Shown in pieces: positions 54,076-63,849 of a stretch of 63,849 nt of DNA. Below the pieces are notes generated by a model. That model was not told the DNA's origin. It made no database searches and worked only from the letters and a program-made list of their open reading frames with translations. The stretch covers positions 16,546,835-16,610,683 of the forward strand of contig CM119267.1 of the NCBI GenBank assembly GCA_051294375.1, in the 5' to 3' direction. Position numbers and translations under genes: made by a program. Positions within the stretch are counted from its first letter, which is position 1. Each line of letters opens with the position of its first letter. The DNA comes from Paraspadella gotoi (lineage: Eukaryota > Animalia > Chaetognatha).

Positions 54076-56848
54076 TCTCTCTCTCCTCTTNNNNNNNNNN
54101 NNNNNNNNNNNNNNNATCGCGTTCGTCGCTCATGCTGTTCTCCATTAACGGTTTGCCGCCAGCGAACTGAAGCATCTGATACCCAAAATTCCCCTCTTTC
54201 TTTGTCCTCTCAAGAAGTAGGGATTACACTTTTATCGCGCATGAGAATCCGGAACCGGTAACCCAAAGATCATTATGATTAAGACTAAGGACGCACGTGG
54301 AAGGGGACGAACGACGACGATCGACGACGAGCGACGAACAGACGATGCACGACAGCTCAGTGGATCCTTCCCGTCTCGCCGGTTACACAGTCCAGGATAG
54401 AACAGAGATCGTGGGAACAAAGAAAATAAAGAACTAGAAAGCCACTTGTCTCCCTTCCGACGCTGCAGAGACCGAGAGGGAAAAGAATTCTTTCTTTTTC
54501 TTTTTTTTGTTAAATTCATTCATTACTCATTTTCGTTGGTTTTAAAGCTTTCAAATAATGGCAAATGAAATGTATCTTTGCCCATGGCTATGTCCATTAA
54601 TGTACATTCCTAAAAGTTTAATGAGTATCAGATTTCGCGCTATATTATTTATGATTGAGCCCCGGCGTGTTAAAAAAAAAATTAAATCCTTCTACAAATG
54701 ATTTATATTGAGTACTCATTCTAAAACAACTCCAGGAAGTCGTCTCTGTGTCCCTTACGATATCCTACTTAACAGATTTAAACAACACTCGAAAACTTTT
54801 TATAGAGGCTTGAACTTATATGTTTTTCTCAAGTAATGCTTCTGATTTAAAAATCTTAACCGAGTGTCGAAAGAACAGAAATCTGACCCGACGGCGACCT
54901 ATTTAGAGTAATTTAAACCAACCCGTTGCCGCTGAAAAAAATATAACAACATAAAACGTCTGTCACCACTTTTTCAACTCTTCAATGTGACTCCATTTTT
55001 TTCTCCCCTATCACTTTGTCTCGATTTTTTTTTTTTTCTTTGACCTCATCGATTTATTTCTTCACACTCCTATGCGCACCTGTCTATTTTTCTCGACTCT
55101 TGTTTCTTTCTTAAAATTTCTCCGCGCTCCCCCACCTTCACTTTTTAAATCCCAGCCGCATGCCACTGCCACAATTCTTATTCTTTATTTATTTTTCTTA
55201 TCTTCTCGGTTAAGATTTTCTTTCATTTTATTTCATTCGGATCTTTTTTTCTCTCGTTTCTCTTTTCACTCTCCCCTTTTTCAATCGAAGCATTTCTCTA
55301 TTCTGCATCATACTGTTGGTCTTAACCACCTTTCATCATTTTTGGCAATACTCGTTTTATTTGTTCTCATACGTTGTAACCTCTTTGGAAAACATTTTTC
55401 CTTCTTCCATTGGAATTCTTATTCACCTTCGTATTAATTTCCCCTCAACCGCTCAACCGCACAATCGCTCAGTTTTTCCAAACCGTTCCTGCCTGCCCCC
55501 CCACCTACAGTTTACTTCAAACCCCACCCCCGCCATTCTCATCCCTTGTTAAGTCTTAACCTTACTCCTCCAGGTTAATTTCTTATCTTCCCCTTCAACA
55601 ATGTTTTTCTCTCTTCGGACTCCTTTGTCTTCTTTTTTTCCTTGAGCGCAAAAGGATATTTGACTCCGGATGAAGCGCACGAGGGTAAGCAAATGCTTTT
55701 TTTATCTGCGACCAGTTTGACAAGGAGATGAAGAAGGTGCTCAAGGTACGTCTGTCTCGGCGTCGTCGTCAACTCCGTCGTCCCTGATTGGTCGCTCGTT
55801 ACTTCATCACTGCCTTTCAGCAAAATTTCGTTTCTCTGATCTCATCTGTGCGCCCATGCCTCCCATTGTCATCCATCGACATCAACTGTCATTAGCTCTG
55901 TCTGTCATCGAATGCTTCTCTTAACCCCCGCTGGAGTCAATCGACCCTGCCGCCCGATGATCTACGACCCAGCAAAGGGATCACTCGCCACGCACACTTG
56001 AGGTGTGTATGTCACTGTCCGCAAAAATCACATATCCCCCACGGCCACCCCCACACCCCCCCCCGAGACCCTAGCGCGCCTCTTCCCCCCCCACCCAATC
56101 GCTCACGGACGTTTTCGCGAGACCCGTTCCGTGGAGATACTTTATCTCGTCGTTCGTTCGTCGTTCGTTCCGTTCGGACTCCGAGGTTGCTAATCTGGTT
56201 ACAGATGCTGTGCGTTTGTTTTTCTCTCGTGTTCAAAAATACGATCGGAAATGGCACCTTTAATTTGCGACGAAGAGTTGGTGTTGTCGGATCCGATGGT
56301 CGGCTTCGAAGTCAACCGCTCGGGCTCCCGGTATCTAAGGTCGCGATCTTGTCTCGATCTTAGCCTCTTTTTTCTTTTTTTTTTTTTTATTGTGTGTGTG
56401 CGATTCGATTCGTCCGATCCGGAGCCTTATAAAAAGTATAACCCTTTTAACTCTCATTCTCGTGTGTGACGGGCACGCATGAGAGAGAGGCAGAGAGAGA
56501 TAGATAGAGAGAGAGATTAGAAGAGTGACGTCGAGCTCTGCAGGCGTAGTAGGAGATTGGAGACTCGTGAGAAACAGCGGTAGGAGCACTGAGGAGGATG
56601 AGAGAGATGTATGAGAGGATCATTCTTACAGGCCAATGGTACCTCCCGCGCCACGTACGTTGCTGATTCCGTTCCTCCTCGCAGTCTCGATACTAAATAC
56701 TCCCCACACACCGAGACGGAACCACAGAATCGGTACTTGTTTTCATTCGCCCGACAAAAACTTACACCGAAAATCTTTCGTCCGGCGTTCCCGTTTAAAT
56801 TACCCAGTAGCTTTGTGTTTGTTGTTTGCAGCTCTCTCTCTGCTCTCT

Positions 56849-56915
<67 letters not shown>

Positions 56916-57174
56916 CTCTCTCTCCTCTCCTTCTCTCTCTCCTCTCTCTCTCTACTCTCTCTCTCTCCAAGTCCTATACCCGGTCAGGGTCGAACGCGTT
57001 TTTTACCATGAAATTTAACGCCTTAAATCTTAATCACCGCTGAAAGTCGAAACCTGCATTAAACGTAATTTAAGGGGAGGGAGAGAGAAAGACGTAGGAA
57101 GAGAGAGAGAGAAAGAGAGAGAGAGAGAGGAGGACAGAGAGAGAGCAGAGAGAGAGAGAGAGAAGAGATGAGAG

Positions 57175-57233
<59 letters not shown>

Positions 57234-58585
57234 TAAGAGTGCAAATTAAGTCGTCAAAAAACTGAAGAAAGGATGAAAAGCGGACAAAGAGTTCCCCCCT
57301 CTGGATTCAGACGTACGGGAATAAGACGCCTTTTTTTAAAAAAAAGTAGGGATCTTGCTGCGGGGAGGCGGGTCGGGTACTGGGTAGGGAATTTTGAAAC
57401 TTCAGATAGCGGGAGAAGGCGAGGGTAGATTTGAGAAAAGGTTGGGGTTTTAAAAAAATACGAGGCCGCGGCAGAGGGAATAGTATCTTCTTGTTCGGCC
57501 CGAGGGGGGAAAAAGTTTCTTTCCCCCCCTCATTTCTTTTGAAGAAATCGGGGGTGGGGAAAGAATGTGGTGAGATCTTAAGACTTATCTCTTAATTATA
57601 TTGATAGCTGGAAAAGTGAAAAGGAAACCCGAGTCTGAATTAAGGTTGAGGCCCGTCTCTCTAATCCCCCCTCCAGCATCTGGACCAAAAGATTGGATAT
57701 TTTTTTCGCAGAGAGAATTTGTGGAGTTTTTTTGAGGGTTTTTCTTAATTTTCGGGCGAAGAAAATTGTTTAAGAAAAAATTTTCATTGATTTTTGAAAC
57801 TAAAAGAAAAAAAGGTGGAGGAGATCAAGAAGACGAAAGGAGGTTTAATGAAACGTGTTTTTCATTATTTTTTAATTCATTTATTCAATTTAACATACTT
57901 TTTCTGCACCCGAACTAATTAGCTACTAATTTTTTTTATTTGACTTCTCATTCGTTATTTATTTGTTCTTAAAACTCGACTTTCGTTAACTAACGTGGTT
58001 GTTCTTTTAACAACCGAAAACATTTTCCTTGACATAAGAACCCTACCCGTTCTCTCCGACGACATAGTCCTCGTTGCTGTTCTAGTCGTCGTTGTCAGAA
58101 ACCGCGGGGTTTTCGTCACCGGACTTTTTCGTTCTCGGCCCCCCGCGCGAAAGGAAAACGACTTCCCTCGCAACACAAATAACTTTTTAAAATCTCGATT
58201 TTTAGTCCTGTATATTGTCTTAGATATTCGCAAGGTAAAAACCTATTTAGTTTCTTATTGTTTCTTTCAGTAGATATTATATAGTAACTCTAATTGTAAT
58301 TTTTTAAAAAATATTTAAGTAAACTGTTTAAACTACGATATATATTAGTCTTGTACGAAGTTTCCTATGTTATTGAATTTCTTAGTTCTTTCTCCGCGAA
58401 ATTTTTTTTTAATCCGCTATTTCCGTAGTATTTACTTTTATTTTATAACAATTAATTTTATCCTTTTATATCCTGTTTTTCTTTCTTTTTTTTTATAAGC
58501 ATTCACGCCGCCACGCGCGTTTTTGTTTCCTGGGCCGAACGGTACCTGGCAGGCTCGCGGTGGCGAGAGAAGAACGAAGAAAGAA

Positions 58586-58625
<40 letters not shown>

Positions 58626-58797
58626 AGAGAGAGAGAGAGAGAGAAGACGAGAGAAAGAGAGTAGAGAGAGAGAAGAGAGAGAGAAAGACGAGATCGTGTC
58701 TTGGTAATAATATCCTTTCAATTACGGAACTTGCCTCGAGAACGAAACAAAAAAGATCGAGAGAGTATTTCTTTTCTTTTCTTTCTTTTTTTTTTGT
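51580..58797 (+). repeat. About 2 kb direct duplication: 51580-53580 ~ 56830-58797
   Basis: Shared anchors cgccttaaatcttaatcacc, ccagcatctggaccaaaagattggat, gatattcgcaaggtaaaaacc and cgtgtcttggtaataatatcc. Copies differ mostly by indels. Confidence 0.95.
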
Positions 58798-58994
58798 CGA
58801 CGAAATGGACTATTCTGACGAAAGATTTTTGTTCGATCCGAGGTCGCGTCAACGTCGGTCCCGGTATCTAAGTCGCGATCTTGACCTCGATCTTTAGTTT
58901 TTTCTTTTTTTTTTTATCCGCGTCATCTAAACGATCGATCGTCGATCCGACTTATAAAAATAACCTTTAACTCTCCTTTTCGTTGGTGCGAGGC

Positions 58995-59042
<48 letters not shown>

Positions 59043-59221
59043 AGAGATCATCTTTAAGCCAATGTCTGTTCCCGTTCCCCTCGATCCCCAACACACCGAG
59101 AAACCCACATGAGATCGGTTTGTTTTCATTCGCCCCCGGAATTACACGAAATCTTTCGTCCGCGTTCCCGTAATTAACCCAAGTGTGTTTGTGTTGCAGC
59201 TCTCTCCTCTCTTCCTCTCTG

Positions 59222-59283
<62 letters not shown>

Positions 59284-59306
59284 TTCTCTCTCTCTCTCTC
59301 TCCTCT

Positions 59307-59343
<37 letters not shown>

Positions 59344-59431
59344 ATGCCCGAAACGACCCCTTAAAGTAACAGATTCCTCTTTCTTCCTCCTCTTCCTCCT
59401 CTCTATCGCTCTTCCCGTTGACTTCGTTATC
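53650..59431. repeat. Inverted duplication 53650-54090 vs 59040-59431, plus a noisy direct copy of 58797-59200 at 56240-56840
   Basis: gataacgaagtca (~53654) vs tgacttcgttatc (~59419-59431); gaacgcggacgaaagatttcgtgtaat vs attacacgaaatctttcgtccgcgttc; cccggtatctaag at ~56327 and ~58860. Confidence 0.9.
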
Positions 59432-60994
59432 NNNNNNNNNNNNNNNNNNNNNNNNNGTTTGACACGAAGAAAAACAAACACAACCTCGGAGTCGACGACG
59501 AACGACGACGAACGACGAAGATAAAGTCTCCCACGAGGCGTCATCCGCGGAAATCCGTGAGCCGAGTTGGGGGGGAAGAGGCCGAGGTCTGGGGGGGGGT
59601 GGGGCCCGTGGGGAGATATGTGATTTGCTGGGACAGTGACACTCAACGTGTGATGAAATCCCTTTGTGGGTCGTAATCATCGCGGGGGGTCGGATTGACT
59701 CGGGGGTTAAGGAGCATCGATGACAGAATGAGAATGACAGTTGATGTCGATGATGACAATGGAGGCCATGGGCCAAGATGTCAGAGAAAACGAAATTTGT
59801 GAAAAGTGATAAAGTACGACGACAATCACGACGACGATGACGACGACGACACCGTCCTTGGAGACTCTTCAAACTGGTCGCAGATAAAAAAGATTTGCTT
59901 CCCTCGTGCCTTCTCGTCAAAAATTCTTTTGCGCTCAAGAAAAACAAACAAAAGAGTCGAAGAGAGAAAACATTGTGAAGGGAAGATAAGAAATTAACTG
60001 GAGTAAGGTTAAACTTAAAGGGATGAGAAAATGGCGAGGTGGGGTTGAGTAATGTAGTGGGGGAGGCAGGAACGGTTGGAAAATTGCGATTGTGCGGTTG
60101 AGCGGTTGAGAAATACGAAGTGAATAAGTTTCCAATTGGAGAAAGGAATGTTTTAAAGAGTTACAACGTATGAGAACAAAATAAACGAGTATGCAAAAAT
60201 GTGATGGGTTAGACAACAGTATGATGCAAATAAACCATGATGACTCATGAAAAAGACGATGAATAAAAAATGAAAGAAAATCTAAACCGAGAAGATAAGA
60301 AAAATAAATAAAGAAGAAAAATTGTGGCCGATTTAAAAGTGCGGAGAATTTAAAAAGAACAAGATTGAGGAAAAAAAATAGACAGCGCAAGGAGCGTGAA
60401 GATAAATCGATGAGGTCAAAGAAAAAAAAAGAGACAAATGATAGGAAAAAAAAATGATCACAATTAAATTAGAAAAAGTGTGACAGACGTTTATCAGCGG
60501 GCAAGGGTTAAATTACCTCTAATAGGGTCGCGTCGGGTCAGATTCTGTTCTTTCGACACCTCGGCTTAAGATTTTTAAATCAGACCATATTGAGAAAACA
60601 TAAGTTCAAGCCTCTTATAAAAGTTTTCGAGGTGTTGTTTTAATCTTTAAGTGATATCTAGAATAAACATTCTGGAGTTGTTTGAATGATACTTTTAATC
60701 ATTTGTAGAAGGATTTAATTTTTTTTTTAACACCCTCAATCATAATATACGAAATGTTATACTCATTAAACTTTTAGATTACATTATGAACTACCGCAAA
60801 GAAACATTACATTTGCCATTGACAAAGCTTAAAACCACGAAAATGAATGAATTTAAAAAAAAAAGAAAAGAAAGAATTCTTTTCCCTCTCGTCTCTGCGG
60901 TCGAAGGGACAAGTGCTCTATTCTTTATTTTCTTTGTTCCCCGATCCTTTCAAGCCTGGACGTGCTTCCCGCGAGACGGGAGAGATCATTGCTG

Positions 60995-61026
<32 letters not shown>

Positions 61027-61190
61027 GTCCCTTCCACGTCGTCCTCGTCTTAATCATAATGATCTTGGGTTACCGGTTCCGATTCCATGGCGAAAAGGAA
61101 TCCCTACTTTGGACAAAGAAGAGGGAATTTTTGTTATCAGATGCTGCGGCCAAACCTTAATGGAGAACAGATGAGCGACGAACGCGATAA
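54116..61190. repeat. Inverted duplication 54116-56235 vs 59457-61190
   Basis: atcgcgttcgtcgctcat (54116) vs atgagcgacgaacgcgat (61171); gtcgaaagaacagaa vs ttctgttctttcgac; gactccgaggttg vs caacctcggagtc. Both copies start directly after 25-N gaps. Confidence 0.93.
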
Positions 61191-62742
61191 ACGTTATCGT
61201 CCAATCAGCGACGAATTTTGGAGATCCTACCAATCAGAGAGAAGAGCGGTTTTTTTTTCTTTTTTTTTAATCTTCGTTTTTTTTCGCGAAATTCAAGAGC
61301 ACAAAACCAATTAGCATATTGCGTTCGTTTTGACCAAAACTTCTTTTGTTGAAAAGACGCGGATTTTTTTTTTTCGCACCTGGCAATTAGCGTATTCATA
61401 AACGCGTTATGCAAATTTCGTTTGCCAATAAAAATACCAGAAGAAACTGGTTCGACAGATGCGAGCGAATTCTGTCACGTTCTGGCTTGAATTAATCTTC
61501 CATGCAAAACATTCATGCTGAGCGAAGAGTCATTACATTAGCCACGTCACACGAATTAATCGATTAACGAGCGGCAGTTCAATCTTATTTGAAATTATAT
61601 TTGGATTACGAATCAAGAAAAACATAATTCCGTTAATGGAAAAACTATTTTTGGAAACTCTTGCAGCTTGCTATCCGAGCAGATCGGAATTGCAAAGACG
61701 CAATTCGACGAAGCTCTTTGAATTATCTCACTTTCCACTGCTCTCCGCTATTCGGTGCTAAAAAAAATCCAGATTGACGCAATTCCGCGCATCACCTCAC
61801 CTCGCATGACATCAACTCACCCGGCATAAAAACAAACACGACCGCGTCGAACGCAAATCTAGATCGACGAGGTGGCGACGGGCATTTCGGGAGACTTTTT
61901 ATCCTCTCCCCCCCCACACCCGCCACTAAATTAAAAAAAGTCGTGATTTGACGATTCCGAGAGAACTCGATCTTTCTCTCTCTCTCTCTCGTCTCTCTCT
62001 CACTCTTCTCTCTCTTCTCTCTCTCTCTTTCTCTCTCTCTTCTCATCTCTCTCTCTCTCTCTCTCTCGTCCATCCCGAGTCTTGTTTGTCATCCGGCACC
62101 GCAAGATCGAAAAAGAATACCCTAGTGGGGGGGGACAGGTTGGGCGGTAAAAGGGGATGGGTGATCTGATCGGTGATAAGAGTGGGAGGGGCGACGGATC
62201 GGGGTGGCATTGGTGGCGTTGGTGTCATATGTTTGCCATCAGGCGACCACCAGAATCGGAGAGTTAAGAATTTCGGTAAAGGGAAAGATTTTTCATTCGT
62301 TCTTCACGTTCGTTGGGCGACCGCGAGTAAGCTCAGGACCGCACACTGCAGAAAAGTAAGGAAAAGGGCGGCACGCCGGTGGGCTAACACGGCGGGTAAG
62401 GTAGGGCGCCAGAGGTCGAGTTTCAGCGAGGTAAGTTCAGCGCCGGATCCCGCGAGATTCCTTATCTGTTTTCAATCTTCTTCTGTTTCATTCTTCGTTT
62501 CGTTTGCAGAAGATCCGGTTGCGTCTGTAGATTTCAAATCGAGGCTCGATTTTTTTTTCTTGCGATTTCAAGTCAAAAGACGATTAGGGTCTGACGTGTG
62601 TTGCTCGTCCACGTTTTTTGTTGTTGTTGTTAATGTCATTGTCATCGCTGTCGTCGTTGTCGTCGTCATCGTCTGGTTGCTGGTGACTTCTGGTTTCTTC
62701 CTTTTCAACTTTTCTGATTTTTTTGGTTTCAAATGTATGATA

Positions 62743-62935
62743 CAGAATGTATTTTACGAAAAAGTTTTATTTGATTTCGACAACGATTTGTTTTTATTTT
62801 AAAAACATGTTTCGGCTTTTCATACAAGCCTTGATCAGTTTTTAAAATAAAAACAAATCGTTGTCGAAATCAAATAAAACTTTTTCGTAAACAAACACAC
62901 AACGAAAGAAAGGAATATACAGCAGAATGTATTTT
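62743..62935 (-). mobile_element. Short Penelope-like-element-type insertion: 13-bp direct repeat flanking a perfect 54-bp inverted repeat with a hammerhead-like loop
   Basis: cagaatgtatttt at 62743-62755 and 62923-62935. IR arms 62753-62806 and 62838-62891 are exact reverse complements around a 31-nt loop. AATAAA follows the motif on the minus strand. Confidence 0.6.
62804..62838 (-). ncRNA. Minimal type I hammerhead-ribozyme-like motif (variant core)
   Basis: Minus strand reads CUGAUCA-A-GGCUU-guaugaa-AAGCC-GAAA-CAUG-UU: CUGA box, 5-bp helix II, GAAA box, palindromic ACAUGU helix III and a GUU triplet. It deviates from CUGANGA by C in place of G8 and one extra A. Confidence 0.55.
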
Positions 62936-63700
62936 GAATGTGTATGGTAGTGTTGACGGGTACGAGAATCGATCCGATGCTACCTTACCTCATCGCCACC
63001 CACTCAATCAATATCTCATCGGTGTCTTCTTCGGCCGCCGCCGCCGCCGCCGTCAATGTCTTCGTCATCTTCCGAAGACAATAGTTTGATAGAATAAACG
63101 CGCGAGGGAACATCAATTCAATGCAAATTTTTCTCTTATTCATCGTCGTCGTCGTCGTCGTCGTCGTCTAAGCGGCAGGTGATGGAAACGCGAACCAAAT
63201 CTCTCTTTTTTTTTTCGTTCGATGGAATAGACTTTCTCATTCATCTTTCATCATTTTTCTTTTCATCTTTCATTCTTCAGTCTTCAGTCTTTCACGCTTC
63301 CTTTCCTCTCTGCGGTTTATATCCAGCGAATTCCAGCCGAAGAACACCTGCCCTTTCCTTTTCTTTACTTTTTATTGAGTTTTTTTTTTTTTTTAATTTT
63401 TAATTCTCGATAATTATTTTAGAATCGATCGAAAATAGACTCTTGGAGGTAATATTTGTTTAAATTCCCAAAAATTGATGGACCAAGAAAATAAATTTCG
63501 ATTCTAAATTAACTTATGAAACGACGATAAGTCGGTAAAAGTTGATACAAGAAACAAAAGTTTGAAATAAAAACGTCTCAAACTCTATGTTTGGTTGTAA
63601 TGAAAAACTTGATTAGATCGAGAATAAAATGTATTACATCATGGAGAACACGGTGACGTAGTCGACCACGACGACGACTATATGATGACGACAACGACGA

Positions 63701-63760
63701 CGACGGTAACTATAACGAAGACGACGACAACGACGATAACTATAACGAAGACGACGACGA
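63701..63760. repeat. Two 30-bp tandem units embedded in (GAC)n
   Basis: cgacggtaactataacgaagacgacgacaa / cgacgataactataacgaagacgacgacga. Confidence 0.9.
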
Positions 63761-63818
63761 CCCGTCGTAACCCTCGAAGAATTGAAAGTCGTTCTCGTAG
63801 TCGTTTATTCGTTTGATG

Positions 63819-63849
<31 letters not shown>

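Noticed and set aside
61540-61760. Cytochrome P450-like snippets on the minus strand (SGEQWK..KELRR; MFFLIRNPNI)
   Set aside because: They are in different frames, contain stops, are far too close together for the C and I helices, and there is no heme-binding motif.
63706-63747. taactataacg resembling the LSU rRNA / I-CeuI site
   Set aside because: It lacks the following gtcctaaggtagc and any rRNA context; it is part of a 30-bp tandem repeat.

Overview
Eukaryotic, microsatellite-saturated draft-assembly window ((AG)n, (GAC)n, (AAAG)n, (GAAT)n, many N gaps). No intact gene, rRNA, tRNA or CRISPR array is recognisable, and nearly all tracked ORFs are low-complexity artefacts. Large self-similarity dominates: fold-back palindromes of about 5.2 kb (5430-10656) and 9.4 kb (about 40020-49495), a mosaic of direct and inverted duplications (51580-61190), noisy tandem duplications, and a 5 kb almost pure purine tract. 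Five gaps of exactly 25 N and indel-rich copies suggest most of this is long-read gap-filling or chimera artefact rather than biology. Signals that look real: (1) a frameshifted L1/Tx1-type non-LTR retrotransposon ORF2 remnant at about 370-2400 (minus strand); (2) a roughly 170 bp insertion at 62756-62922 with a 13-bp target-site-like direct repeat and a perfect 54-bp inverted repeat whose loop is a minimal hammerhead-ribozyme-like motif of the Penelope-like-element type; (3) a few unidentified candidate exons and minisatellites. I cannot support a wholly novel system; the hammerhead-hairpin insertion is the best lead.
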